From Paraphysomonas bandaiensis (taxonomy: Eukaryota > Protista > Chrysophyceae): a stretch of DNA of 64,000 bases. The notes under the pieces were generated by a model, which saw only the letters and a list, made by a program, of their open reading frames with translations, did not search any database and was not told where the DNA came from. The stretch covers positions 1 to 64,000 of the forward strand of contig CBFFRP010000064.1 of NCBI GenBank assembly GCA_965644295.1. Direction: 5' to 3'. Positions 35,813 to 49,640 of the stretch are shown in pieces; position 1 is the first letter of the stretch, and each line of letters starts with the position of its first letter. A program made the position numbers and the translations under genes.

Positions 35813-36793
35813 TAAATGCGCGCATGCATGTGTTGTCAATCGCTCTCAGTCGTATCTGTAACTGTTGAACACGACGATGAACAACACAAATAGGATCTGA
35901 GTCATCATTGACGTCAACAGGATCTGAACCATCTTTGATCTCACATCTCTGCATATATGTGCAGTTTTGATCCGCTGCGATGTATATCAATCTGCTTCTA
36001 GATTTGATTAACAGAATTGCATTGCAATGCATTTCATTGACAGTGAGTGGTATCAATGGGAGTTCCAGCTGCTGGTAGTTATGATCAGGGATGTATCTCT
36101 TGGCCGTTTCTGCACGACTTCTGAGATATGAACTTTTATTAGTTATATATTACATGCCTTTATATATTACAAATGTACTTCAAGTGAATAGCATGAGTTA
36201 TAGCGAATACGTGGCTAGCTTTGACATTCAAGTACTATTTTTTGTTATCCAAGACTACATGGTCTTAATGCTGTTTATTTTGTTTTACTCGTAGTTGTTT
36301 CTCTATCATTTGGTGTTTCTACGGTTGATATACTGGTGATTCGTAGACAGTAAAAACGAGCACAGTCACGTCTCGAAATAGTCCTAGAAAACATTAAAAA
36401 TATGTTATGATATTTAATGTAATTTACTGTAATTATTTGAACAATTGGATAGCTGTTAGACGAGAATAGTACTCATACACGGAGTTATTGCAACTCATTG
36501 ACAATTATCATGAATTCGTTAAATTGACATGTTAAATAGTAAGTTACACAATTCCAATAGCCTAAGCGGTAATTTATTTTCGTATAAGCAGAACAACATC
36601 ACTATATAAATTAATTCCAAGATTTAGTTGGTACACTGAAAGTCAGTGACTGAATCAGTCAAATAATAAAATATAAGTTTACAAGAATGATAGATTGTAG
36701 ATACTCAATCTATGGAAAGTAAAAAACTTACAAGAATGTATATATAACTCCACAGCACATGTGTATTTTAAAACATATATCCCAGTATACTAT

Positions 36794-39323
36794 CTACGAT
36801 ATACTAAAACGTGACCCAAACACACTCCCGACAGAGTGTCTACATCTGCCCGTCTTCGCATTATCTAATACGTTTTTAGGATCCAGGAACCTGATGATTC
36901 TTCTGGCAGCTTCTTTTTGGCCTGATTTTGCAAGGGTTTTATTGTTCATTGCGGCGAAAAATTTCTGGCGCATAATATTATTCGCCTCCTCATTAGCATC
37001 GGGATACAAGAAGGCTTCAAATTCCTGTATAAAATACATCAAAGAACATTCCACATATATAGCATACACTTACTCCCATGTCAATGGATGCGCCTCCGTT
37101 TACATCAATAGCTCCAAATAAGAACTTCAACTCATCGGGCGTGTACAATATTCGATAGTGCATCAGCATTCTATCAAACTCATTGCGCGTAAGTACAATG
37201 CCGTCTTCGCTGAAATGCTTGCAAACCATTAACATTCCTTCCTTCGGATCATCTGCTTCTCTGGAGAAGTGATGGAGGAGCTGAGAACGTAACGTCATCA
37301 AGGCCTTGGCATTCATCTCGGAACGCTCTATAACAGCAGCCACGACCTCCACATTTAGGCAAGTAATAGCCTTTAAAATTGATGTAGATCTGATAGCTAA
37401 AGCAAGAAGAGGAAAGGTGATCAAGGCCGGTAGTAGAGACAAAACTACTAAGAAACTCTTGGTAGAGAGGTCATTCAAACGCATTGCAATTAATACAAAG
37501 TTTGTTGCCCACCATGCCAGATACAAGGAGTTACATGTCATACCAAAGCCAACAAGACCATAAAATAAGTCCGGGCGCCCAAATAGAAACACCTCAGGGT
37601 AGTTTTGAGTTTTATAGTTATTCTTCATTTTAGTTTTCATTTTCTGTTTCTTTTCTTCTTCTGAATAACTGCTAGCTTGTCTCCGCAGAAAATCTTCCAT
37701 ACTCTGCCGCCACATTTGACTATCAGTCTTTAGGACCCGTCGACCTGAAACTGTTCGTTTCAGATTTTGTAGTAGAGACCGACGGCGAGATCCAGCTCTC
37801 TTTCGAGTCTTAATGAGAGCACCACTTTTCCTTGTAGGGGAGCGTATTGAAGATGGAGTCACGGGAAAAGGGTGAGAAGACTTTGAGACACGCTCCATCG
37901 AAACAAACTCACGATCATCCGTGCTATCCTCTGAAGCGATAGGAACCTCTACCTCATTGCGGTCAGTTTCACTGCGACAAGAGAGATCTGCTGTACTCCC
38001 AAGTGCAGATCGCTGTTCATCAGGTGAATGCATGACTCTAACTTCTCCCTCTTCGCTGTCTTCGCTAGTTATGGGAAGCACGCGATTAGAATTGTGTATG
38101 CTCATCGAGGTCGAGAACATGCGTTTAGTAAACGACTGGGAAGCATCGATGGAAGGGGTACCGACCCTGTCTTCATCACTCATATCACAACTCTCCTCCT
38201 CAGCAATATTATCGAACCCTAAATCAGGCAAGCGCTGAGTCCGCTTGTCTGGTGTCCCACGAAAAGATTTCGTAACACTTGCCACTCTCTTAACCATATC
38301 CGTGCGACGTAGACTCTCTTTTGCTGCCTGCTCTAATTTGCACTCCTGCTCCTCATTTAACAATTCTGCAATCGCAGTTTTAACAATGTCATTCTCCACT
38401 GTTAATCGCTGTAGTGCCCGCTTTGTCTTAACCTCTGTCATCAGAAATACTTGATAGTCATCTGCACACTCTACCCCGGCGATGTGTATCAATCGCAATT
38501 CAGAGAGACGACCCCAATACCAGAGAAAAACAGAGAGGCTTGTTATAACAAACCCACTAAGAGTAAATACGTATATCTCCTCGTGGGCATAACACTCTTC
38601 AGAGGAGCAGTAGCTGCGATATAGATCGATCTTTATAGCAGCCACGGCAGTCAACAACAGCACAACACACCATTTCGCTGCGGATATATCAATGATCGAC
38701 AAAATATTGGACTCATGAGACATTTTAAGAAACATTCCAAAGTCGAAGTCGTCATGCTTAGTGCTAATGCTGTATATGCTTGAGAAGATGCTGTTCAGGA
38801 TACGGAATTCAACTTGATCACGAGTAGTACAAAAAGGCAAAAACCTGCTCTGCCACATACATGGACAGCTCGCGCTGACAGCTTCAACATTAAGATGAAG
38901 CTCTTCGGTTGATATTTTGGATGCTACATCCCATATATGTGCCTGACCGATAGATCCAATCATGATTAGAATACCTTGAACACAAAAAAACACTGCCATC
39001 ACGAAACAGCAAGCGTCCGCAAATCCAAAAGCTGGATAAAAGTTATACGGCAGCGCTTTATCCGTTTCATTAAATATCGTAAACGCAAAAGCAGCAAATC
39101 CGACCATCATGAGCTCTCTATATATGCGCTGTAACATGAGGTGGTATGGAGTGCCTGCTGTAAAGTTCTCCAGATAGTTTAACCCTTGCCCACATATGGT
39201 CAGATAGGCAGCAACCATAGTAAAAGCAACGAATAAGTGAACTCCTCGCACATGGGATCCATTTCCGAATATATTGACATCGTCGCTCTCGTCTATATAA
39301 TCATACGTAGAACTGTTCGTCAT
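36794..39323 (-). CDS. MLO-like multipass membrane protein with C-terminal EF-hands; intron 37025-37073
   Basis: RIYRELMMVGF resembles MLO ELMxLGF; FDFGMFL resembles MLO FdF..Y; FLFGRPDL...NSLYLA resembles MLO FWF.rP...NAF. EF-hand DVNGGASIDMG/E is completed by splicing. Confidence 0.8.
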
Positions 39324-40064
39324 GGACTCTCACTTGGTTTATCTACATCTCCATGTCACCGGGTACATCACAGCGACATCCATTTGATCAACACACAGTG
39401 TGGTATATGGACTAAGCCGTCAAATAAGTTACTGTCATTAACAGTGAAAGAATACTTTAACGTCACTTTGCAGCATATCAAATGACATTCCGCCAAACGA
39501 AAAAAGAAGTTCACTTCATCGACTCTAACAGTAGAATTAGCCAATCAAATGTATGGAATCTGTGTTAAATTCACCAATAGCAGATCTCCAATTCAATATT
39601 TGAACACTGATCCTGATCAGCAGGAGCAGCAGCAGAGGTATCTAAATGACCAGCAGCAGATCGATAGATTCGAATTGAATGGCTCCAATGCAAGTGCAGT
39701 TTGAAGTGAAGAGATTATAATGTATGGAAAAATACGTATCTTCTCTCTGTCTATAGGATCTTCGAGCCATTACACGAAAGATCTCGAACATATAAGCGCT
39801 ACACGACTCTCAGGAGATTACTGCAGGAAACGGCAGTGAAGGGGGTGCTTTCCACTAAGTTGTCGTATTGGTGGAGTGGAATAGAGTTGATTCAAGGCTC
39901 AAGGGACGTGTTTTATCATCTTAATGTGTTGGGAGATATACAGAGACACTAGTCACTTAAAATCTCTGGGTTTCATTGATACGTACGGAAATCATATACA
40001 GTGTATGATAGATATCACATGCTCTGTGAGGGAGATATAATATAAGGCTGTTTACTCGTAAGAT

Positions 40065-42227
40065 ATGAAGCCCAAAATCTACACTAAGACTGATACTCAA
40101 ACTGAATCTAAACCAACTACAAAGTATAATCATGGTCGGCGATCTCTGCGATCATGGTCTCGCGAATGTATCCTTGATTTTCTATCTATGCGATCATGGT
40201 CTCGTGAGTATGAAAATTTTATGGAGAAGGAAACTTCTATCCTACTTATAGCGATTTTGAATGTATTCGTTGTGGTGGTATATGCCATCGGGGCCGAGCC
40301 ATTGTTCACAAAGCACATACCCCTGAAGTATAGTATCTTTTATCACACTAGGATATTACATATTCTGTGTTCTTACGCACACTTGTATTCCTTGATTCGA
40401 AAGAAATTCACTTTGTCTCTGGTTCCCTTACCTTGCAGCACAGTATGGACAGGGAACATGCTCATACTCTCCCATGCCACTACCTTTGGCTTGTATTTGC
40501 TCTCCCTTACTCTCCCTGGTCCATGCCAACGAACGGGTGAAATGTGCGAAATGAGGAACAATCATGATAATCTCCCGGTTGATCTAGTGGTTGCTTTTGT
40601 GTTCAGCATCACTGCAACTCCCATGATCGTGAAGTGTCGACACACTGTAGCCGTAGTCGTCACTATTTTCATTGAATTCATATTTCTGATGACAATTGCT
40701 GTGAGGGTAGGAGTTGGAAAGCATATTCTCGCTTTTATTGCTCTTTTAGTGGTAGGGCAATTTGTCGTGCTCCAGGACTATGAGAGCTACACTCGTCGTG
40801 TTTATCTAAATATGAGTAATATAGAGAGCAGTGTCAAGCAGGAGGTTGAGGCGAACAACCAGCAGCACTTGCTGGATATGCAATCCAAGGAGATGCGAGC
40901 TCTTATAGCCAACTGTGCACATGACCTGAAGTCCCCTCTGGCTGCATTGTCGTTAGAGCTAGACACTTTGCAATCCATTCGAACCCCTACAGCTGATAAT
41001 GTGTACGAATCAGCCTCCGTAATGCGTGGAATATACGCCTTTATGTCAATGATAGTTAGTCGGGCAATAGATTTCAAAAAGGTTTCATCAGGTATTCCAC
41101 TTCGGCCAACACTAGGGACGATTAATCTTCGTAGAACAGTCAGCTGGGTTGTTCGATGTGTTGGAAAAGGATCAAGAGATGTACCTATAATTGTTGAAGA
41201 TCTACCAGATACCATATGCGAAGAAATCATCTCAGACAAGCAGTGGTTTACGGATAATCTCTTGTGTCTAGTGTCTAATGCACAGAAATTTACGGATAAA
41301 GGCAGCGTGACAATTAGGTTTTCTATAGAAAGAGTGCGACAGAACTCCACCTTGACTGCAGTGTTGAGTTATCTTGGTCGACCTAACGGATCTGCAAGTG
41401 AGTCTGATTCTGAGGAAAAAAGCTCAGAGAGAGAGCGGGCGATGCTACGTGTAAGTGTAGAAGACACGGGTATAGGCGTTTCTCCTGATATGCATAAAGA
41501 CATATTTCGGGGAGTTCTGCAGGCCGGCCGAGAGAGCGGTGGCACTGGACTGGGACTATTCGCTCTTGCGAGGCGGGTGGAAGCATTAGGGGGTTCTTAC
41601 GGCGTCAATGGGTGGGACAATGGGTTGCCAGGGGCAAAGTTTTGGTTTTGTATTCCATACTGTGCATCACCGATCAGTTCTCGATCGATGTCATGGAGTA
41701 CACATGAGTCGGCTTGGACTTCATCGCGGAGTATAGGTATCGTGCCCCGCTCCATACAGGGTGACCAAGCGAATCCCGATCCCTGCGTTCGTGTGTTACT
41801 TGTAGAGGATTCGGTAATGATTCAGAAGGCCACCGCATGTGCCTTTAAGCGGGAAGGGCTGCATGTTCACATTGCAAACAATGGTGCTGAATGTTTGGCG
41901 ATGCTACAAAGGCACACTTACGATCTCATTGTCATGGACATTCAAATGCCTGTCATGGATGGATTAGAAGCTACTCGACGGATACGAGAACATGAGGGAG
42001 ATGAAGAGGCTGGTTGGTCTCACCCCGCAGTCACCATTGTAGGTTTATCGGCAAACTGCGATAGTGAGTCAGCACACGATGCCCTCGTAGCTGGTATGAA
42101 CGACTACCTCCCTAAGCCACTGTCCATGAGAGCATTGAAGGAATCCTGCGTTAAATTACGTTGTAATGTGTTTTCTTCTCGAGAGAGCACACCAGTTTAC
42201 GATATGGTGAGTACTGGACCTGTTTAG
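40065..42227 (+). CDS. Membrane hybrid sensor histidine kinase (TM-HisKA-HATPase_c-REC)
   Basis: H-box AHDLKSPL, N-box SNAQKFT, G1 VEDTGIG, G2 GGTGLGL; receiver LLVED...MDIQMPVMDG...KP. Single exon. Confidence 0.95.
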   Translation: MKPKIYTKTDTQTESKPTTKYNHGRRSLRSWSRECILDFLSMRSWSREYENFMEKETSILLIAILNVFVVVVYAIGAEPLFTKHIPLKYSIFYHTRILHILCSYAHLYSLIRKKFTLSLVPLPCSTVWTGNMLILSHATTFGLYLLSLTLPGPCQRTGEMCEMRNNHDNLPVDLVVAFVFSITATPMIVKCRHTVAVVVTIFIEFIFLMTIAVRVGVGKHILAFIALLVVGQFVVLQDYESYTRRVYLNMSNIESSVKQEVEANNQQHLLDMQSKEMRALIANCAHDLKSPLAALSLELDTLQSIRTPTADNVYESASVMRGIYAFMSMIVSRAIDFKKVSSGIPLRPTLGTINLRRTVSWVVRCVGKGSRDVPIIVEDLPDTICEEIISDKQWFTDNLLCLVSNAQKFTDKGSVTIRFSIERVRQNSTLTAVLSYLGRPNGSASESDSEEKSSERERAMLRVSVEDTGIGVSPDMHKDIFRGVLQAGRESGGTGLGLFALARRVEALGGSYGVNGWDNGLPGAKFWFCIPYCASPISSRSMSWSTHESAWTSSRSIGIVPRSIQGDQANPDPCVRVLLVEDSVMIQKATACAFKREGLHVHIANNGAECLAMLQRHTYDLIVMDIQMPVMDGLEATRRIREHEGDEEAGWSHPAVTIVGLSANCDSESAHDALVAGMNDYLPKPLSMRALKESCVKLRCNVFSSRESTPVYDMVSTGPV

Positions 42228-42849
42228 GTTCAACAGAATATCCAAGCTACTAGGAACTGGTAGTAACAACATTTCATTTTCAATACATCGATATATTAGT
42301 GCAATAATCTCTGTTCACTCGGACTCACGTCAGTGTTCTCGTCAGTAGTTTATGCTACATCGAGTGGTTCAATGGATTTCTTTATTCTCCTGTTCTGTTT
42401 TTGATACACAATTTACTCATGGATTTTATTTCTACTTGATCATATATTTATGTTTTACAAATCTCATACAAATATTAATATTCATAAAGTGATTAATTTA
42501 AGTTTTGAAGTAATTGCACCGCTTTCCATTTCCTGAGTATGGTATCATCAAGAAAGACTGTATCTGTTTCTATACTTAGTACTGAGCTTACTTTATTACT
42601 ATCATGACGTCTACAACTATCTACCAGCTATATAACATATAAAAGCACCACATTTTGGCCCAGCACATACAATGCAATTATGCCGGTATAGCTACATACC
42701 CGAAACCGCAAAGTAATTTATGAACTACGTGTAATGAGAAGGCTATTTCATTGATTATTAGCAATAGGTGTAAGAATTTGTAGTCGCACGAGGCTACTTG
42801 TTGTTGTCATCACTTGTATACACAATACACTAGTGAAATTGACTCGTAT

Positions 42850-43495
42850 TCTGTGTGCATGATATGTGGCTCACAATCCTGTTAAGCATGATATCCTAAA
42901 CCTTGATAACACTGGACAGCTTCATGGATTGGTATATGAACTCTCAAGTAATATTTTAAGAGTATTGTTTCGAAGTCGTCCTGGTTATAAAGATATATGT
43001 CTTGCACTGTCATCATTGTTATATTCTACATCAGAAAGAGAATGATATATATTTTAGAGTGTTAGATGATCTTATCCCCATTTTGTCTCAAAAAAAGTTT
43101 TTTTGACCTGATTTTGTCTCAACAGGGCGCTCATATCAGCACCGGGCAAATATAGACATTCAACTTCAATATTGGGTTCAACAGAAGCTCACTTCTATCC
43201 TAAGTATGATAATGACAGTCGTATATATGTGATTTCATTATAGTACACACAATTATAGAGAAATCACAATCATGAGTTAAACGATTAGACACTTCAAGTT
43301 ATATTCCATCCTTCGACTGCTGTCAGTGCAAGTGATCTGTCTTCATATCCAGGACTTCGAAACAACTTCAAGAACATTACAGGAGACCATATCTGATTCT
43401 ATATAGGTGGTTAGGAGCAGTGACACCCAGTTCTTTCAGGGTTTGAGCCATATCGTGCTTCTCATGATATTGTGTGCCTCATATCATACACGCAT
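42850..43495. mobile_element. Old MITE with long (~160-bp) degenerate terminal inverted repeats
   Basis: For example TTGTTTCGAAGTCGTCCTGG (~42966) vs CCAGGACTTCGAAACAA (~43349), and GTGCATGATATGTGGC vs GCCTCATATCATACAC. Confidence 0.65.
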
Positions 43496-43774
43496 CATTC
43501 GATCAGATGCACTTGAAAAATTAAAGCCTGCTGTATATAAATGTGATGATGATGCTAATTAAGGGAATAAGAAGCCTCTCTTTCACCTTCAACTGTTCAC
43601 ACTCATCATCACACTTACAGTATACATATCATTGATTTGAAACTATATGAGTTCTCATTTGTGTTCTTAATGTTAATCAGGGAACATCTATTTCTTTATA
43701 CAGCAAGCATGCTACAAATAGCTATACAATGTAATATTAACTTTTCAACGTCATGAGGATAAGCTACAATTTAA

Positions 43775-43882
43775 CCTAGGGATAAGGAGTATCGTCCCTT
43801 GTCAAAATTTTAAAACTCGGGCTTTTCGCCCTCTTTTCAAAATTTTGAGCGCGGGACGATATAGCCTCCTTATTGCCCGTGG
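43775..43882. mobile_element. 108-bp hairpin MITE flanked by TTAA (piggyBac-like)
   Basis: TTAA-CC...GG-TTAA. Paired blocks ATAAGGAG/CTCCTTAT, TATCGTCCC/GGGACGATA, TCAAAATTTT/AAAATTTTGA and GGGC/GCCC. Confidence 0.7.
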
Positions 43883-45148
43883 TTAAATATAACTATACTA
43901 CGAATATGTTGAACACTTGATGAAATATTATACGATTAAGAGTTGTGCGAGAAGGATGCACCTGAATTCTAGATATTAGGCACAACAGCTGTATTGCTGC
44001 ATTGAGAACTGTCTACACTACTCTGATCCCTGATCTAACTTATGTAAAGTCTTACTGGTTGAAATGTTAATGCAACTTCAGGTCTTTTATACAAGTTGCA
44101 CAGTAAGATTGTTCTAATAACTCAGAACTTTATTCTAGCACTTATATATGATGTCTTGCAGTGATCTTAATATAGTTCTACACGTCAAAGTCAATAAGTT
44201 CTAAATACAGGAAACAATAGACAGTCTTCACCAATAATACAACATTAGCAAGTGATAATTTACTCCTGATAGGTACAGTTACCCGAGATTGAATCCTATA
44301 CTGAGTTTCTGGACATACCAATGCTTCGAAGTATCTATTGTCGTGTCACACATGTGGGTGTCTATACAACCACAATTCCATCAAGCCTGTATAGCACATG
44401 TCGGCATAGCTATTCTATCAACCTCCTATCATCACAACACTGTCAGCGAGGAGAAATAAGAATAGAGTTTTCCCTCTACATGACAGCTCCGTTACTTGCA
44501 TCTGTACACTGCGCGCTACTGGTTGGTACTGATACTGCTGTGCATGTATATCCCCATCATGGGTACCAGCAGGACTCTCCTGATGTATCGCTCGTTAGAT
44601 GGTTGTGCTGCATGTCCAGCAGTATGTAGATACAGGAATCCTTCGTACACATGCAGGAGTCCCAAAACTCTAGTTTTCTTGATGAAAACTTGACGTTTAT
44701 ACGTGTAAAAAGCGTAAAAAACGCCATATAGTATACTCGTACGGTACAGCAGTTCGTACACACTTCGTAGCTGCTAGGAATTCCTACACCAGGATACGAC
44801 AACGATTTGGACTGATTTGTCCATAGTATACCGTTGTATACACCACTAATTATACAGCTCAATAACCAATCATATTGGTTTCATTGGATACAAAACCCCA
44901 TGGGATAGAGAGGGGAATTCTAGACGTGTACAGAGCTTATACTGTAGTGGTATACATATACTAGTTACGCGGACTGTGGAGGCCGGCGGGGAATAGAGCC
45001 ATCGTCAGATCAGATTACTAGAACGACAGGTGGGAATGATTCTTATTGACAGATTGACATACATCATGCAGAGAAATAACAGATGTGACATAGGGACTAA
45101 TGTACTATGCTCCAGTAGATTATTATTACTGTCATTAGTATTGTTATT

Positions 45149-48100
45149 ATGGAAGATGAGGTACAAGGAGTTGTGTTCCAGCGAGAGAATGAATTCTTGC
45201 AGGCATACGACAAAACTATTAAATCATTCTGTCCGAATGTTTTACTGAATCAAATTAACGACATTTCGAGCGTAACGACACTCTCAGAGAGGTTCACAGG
45301 AGCCACACTATTGGCTGATATATCCGGGTTCACTAAACTGTCTGGAGAATTAGGAAAAGAAGGTGTCTTAGGCATCGATAGTTTGCGACACACAGTCAGT
45401 ACATATTTAAGCAACTTTATTAACATAATTTATTCGTTCCATGGAGACGGTATGATAAGACTACTGTTGTTTGCCTTACACTTATGATTTCTGCAGTATA
45501 TGCCTTTGCTGGGGATGCCTTGGTGTGCTTATTTCAGCCTAACCATTCAGATACCAACCCTTACGAGTGCTGCTGGCGTGCCGTACAATGTGGCATCATA
45601 CTTAAAGAGCAGCAAATGAGTCATCTAACTGCCCATATAGGTGTCAGTTACGGAAATATGTCATTTGCCGTGCTAGGTGGGTACCACGACAATTGGGCCT
45701 ACCTCATCAGTGGGCGGTGCTTAGAGGAACTATCATTATGTCTAGATAATGCCAGTGCGAGAGAACTGGTAATCACGGGTAGATGTATGGAGATTATTTC
45801 TGATCGTGAGGTAGAGGCTGTCCCCCTTGGGTCCGGCAACTATGTAATTAACAAAATAGCTCCCCTTCCTCAGCCATCCACAGACCCTTATTCCCGCTTT
45901 GCACATTATAATGACGCCCCTGAAGTGGAAAATGTGGATATCAGTCCCACTGATTCAAGCATATCCGGATCCAGTACCATGCGAATACTGAAGTTTATTC
46001 CTGATCCAGTTGTGTCTTCTATGTACGCCGCGTCATTTAGCTCCCTCGCGGAGCTGCGAGAAGTGACTACTATGTTTTTGAAGATCGATACGTATTCGCA
46101 CGATTGTGCTGCTATGGATTTACAACCATTCTTTTACATGGCCCAACGATGTATTGCTAAGTGTGGGGGATTTATGCGACAGTTCCTTGTTGACGATAAG
46201 GGATGCGTGTTAATTGCCCTTTGGGGGGTGCCTTCCGCCTCATATAGTAATAATGGGTACAGGGCTGTGCACTGTGGTAAGGAAGTACTGATAGAGGCAA
46301 AATCCATGGGTCATGTGTGTTCAATTGGAGTAACAACGGGTACTGCGTTCTGCGGTACTATAGGATCGCCATTGAGACGAGATTACGTGGCTATGGGGGA
46401 CTGCGTTAACACTGCCGCAAGGCTAATGGGCAAAGCCCGTGGTCGGCTATTAGTGGATGAGTGGACATACAGCAGTCTTTCCAAGTCTGTACGAGCTAAT
46501 ATGAAAATGGCTGAGAGCCTCAAGCTCAAGGGGATATCTGAGCCGGTTGTTCCGTACATGCTGTCCGACCCGTCCCGAAGCATCACCCACACCTTCAGCG
46601 ATGACACTTTCTGCGATAGTATGTCTATGACCGATAGCATTGAGAACAGCAGTCGATCCAATAAAGGTGATGTTAATGGCTATTGCTCGCTTGGAGCAAA
46701 CCTAAGCCGCAGCATTGAAGCAATGCTCAGAAATGAAGTTAAGAGTCTGACAAAGAGTAGGCGTGGTTCACCTGCGAAAACTATATTAGTTGAAGGCTTT
46801 CACAGAATGGGTAAAACGAGAGTAGCAGAGCATTTCACTCAGCTGTGTTATCGCCACAAAGTAAGATGCTCAATGGTGACTGCAAAGCCAAGTGATAAGG
46901 AATTGGAGTACGGAGTGTTCAGAAGGCTGTTTACTTCTCTGGTCGGCGCCGATAATTTCAACACATATGAAAAACAACATAATGTGATATCGATGCTCCT
47001 TAAAGCAACATACCCAAGTCTTAACGACGAATGTCTCATACACCAAAAGTTTCCGATGATTAAGGCTGCTCTTGGTTTGCAGTGGAATTTAGAGTTGGAG
47101 GCACCTCGTGAGTTCTCCCTGGCTCCAAATTCTCACAACATGCTCTACTACTTACGTGGAGGGAAAGAGTGTATGTTCCTCCGTAAACGCAACGCGGATA
47201 CTGTTTCCGAAATACTTGTCTCAGTTCTTATTAATATCCCAACTGCGATTATTGTGGATAATTCACATAATTGCGATGATGCTACTTGGCGTGAGCTCCA
47301 ACGCATATCGAGCCTTAAAGCTCCTCTTGTGTTCATGTTGACCTCAAACAAACTACCCTTGAGACAGGAAGATCTTCTGAAGGAATGGAAACAGCGGGTT
47401 ATTCCTGTTTCGAATATGGTAACTATGAGTCCTAAGTCAAGATCGGACTCGCCTTGGAATGCTAGTCTTGGATTTATTATGAGAGCCGTACGGTTTCGCA
47501 AGCCTAAAGTCTCACCTTATTCTGTTCCGTTGGATGCCGATGAAAACTCTCCTGAAACCGTTTCTACTGGTGATGTGGGGAAAAGTTTGTCTCAAGTATC
47601 AGCAATTGGTATTGATGTTAATTTATCAACCACGAAGTTTGTGCTGAAGCCGTTAACTTCTGCACAGATTCGAAATATTTTATGCGAAAAGTTGGATGTT
47701 CCTTCCGCTGCAATTGCACCATCACTTACCGAGCTCGTGCGTAAGCTCACATGTGGGAACCCTGATTGGGTAATTATGATGGCCTCCTGTATAAATGATT
47801 ATGGACTAGATGAGATTATGAAGTCGTGTGGCTCTCCTAGAAGTGCATGTGCTACAGAGAATAGTTCTTCCAGTAGCACAGATGGGCGCTATTCCGTCAG
47901 TCCCGTTTCTACTCCATTGCATAGTTGCAAACATCCTTGGGAAGATTCGAATCTCCTCACGGAGTGCATGGTTGGACAGCAGCTCCAACTCTTTTCTGAC
48001 ATTCCTTACGCAATTACTTCGTCAAGTAGAATTACCGGTGCACTTGACTTTGTTTTGAATGACCCTGAAATGCATACTATAAAGACCAAATCCTATCCTT

Positions 48101-48862
48101 TAAAAAAATATATTATAAGCCATATTGACGCTTTACCAATGCTGGAGAAGACAGTTCTTAAACTTGCCAGTATTGTGGGAGTAGTCTTCTGTCGCCAGAT
48201 ATTGTATCATATTTCGTCGAGTGAGTTGAAGAAAGGAAAAATTCTGTCGAGTTCTTTGCGTAGTTTAGAACTGAGTGGGTTTATCAGAAGGATATCGGGC
48301 ACAGGAGATGATGGTGAGATGTTTGCATTCAGTAGCCATTACCTGAGAGAAATATTGTACGACTTCAATTTGCCCAGGTGAGAATACATATGTTGATACA
48401 CATAGCGTTCTTATCGTTGCAACAGTGATGCATACATGACCCATTTAAAAGTTGCTCGTGGCCTCGAACATATCTACTCAAAATCTGTTCATATGATATA
48501 CCAGGGGTATGTAGCCGTTCATCTTATGATATTGGTAACTGACGTAGGTGTACAGACTAACGTATCACTATTACATGGCGTCTTTGATGTCACCGGCACA
48601 ATACCGGAAATATGTTTTCAAATTCGCTCTGCTATCAGGTTGGCAAGCTCTACTAGCAAAAAACGTGGTCGACTTTTTGGAGTTCAGCAGCATTGCCGAA
48701 AATGCCTCGGATTCCCAGTACGAACGTAGATCTGTGGCATATATGCTCAAAACTGCAATAGGATCTTATAACGTCGACGCCATCAGCAACTTCGATGGTA
48801 TGGAGTTTGATAGTAGTCATTCTGAATATATTCAACGACTATTCAATGCTTGTCGAGTATGA
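45149..48862 (+). CDS. Soluble adenylyl cyclase type 10-like (two class III cyclase domains + STAND P-loop); introns 45450-45496, 48378-48425, 48507-48555
   Basis: C1: ADISGFTKL, FAGDAL. C2: RQFLVDDKG, GDCVNTAARLM. Walker A-like EGFHRMGKT; winged-helix-like LKLASIVG and FAFSSHYLREILY. Confidence 0.93.
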
Positions 48863-49640
48863 TTCTCCCGAGAATACCATTTTATATATTGGTTAAGTGT
48901 TTCTATATCACGAATATTGTGTCGAAGTTCCCTTTACACCATTTTGGGAGACACCCTTTTTACTATTCAATTAATGTTTACATATTCGTGAGAAAAGATG
49001 AAAGTGTATTGAGTTATACCCTCCAATTGATGTGGTTTTAAATTGTGTTTTCGTTGAAGGTTTAACTGCTAAATTTAAACAAGAAAATATTTCCATGCCC
49101 CTAATCGTATATATATGGTTCATGATAGATGTTGATGTCAGAAACGTATCAAGCATGTGAAAATATTTTCTGGTTGACTGTTGAGTTTTGCCACACGAAA
49201 CCGGGAAACAAGTAGATGTACAACATATATGCCCTTTTAGTACAAACCACAAGTAATTAATTATTAATATTGCAATTAATTAATTAAAGAAAATTCCATT
49301 ATTTTGACGTAAGGCGTACGGGATCATCTAATGTGTGGACTGCGTATCACTGGTTGGAGTGGCTGATGAGCTCCCTTTTCTTTGTGGAAACTATTGACAC
49401 GAAAGAACACCAGGATGAGTAGTATATATATGTTTTTATAGATCATAGATCAACACTGACAATATATATAAAAGCCTCCTTCTTGAACAAGATAAAAACG
49501 ATGCCGCCAAAGAGTTTCGGTTGGCTTGTATATGGATGGAGGATGGAGGTGCAATAAAGAGCACTACTTTGCTGTTTAGCAACATGGACCAACGCTGAAG
49601 TTGTTCAGGTGGTGCCACTTTGCTGTGGACACAAATATCC

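Noticed and set aside
40143-40210. Duplicated RSWSRE-coding segment in the kinase N-terminus
   Set aside because: Short local duplication with no evident function.
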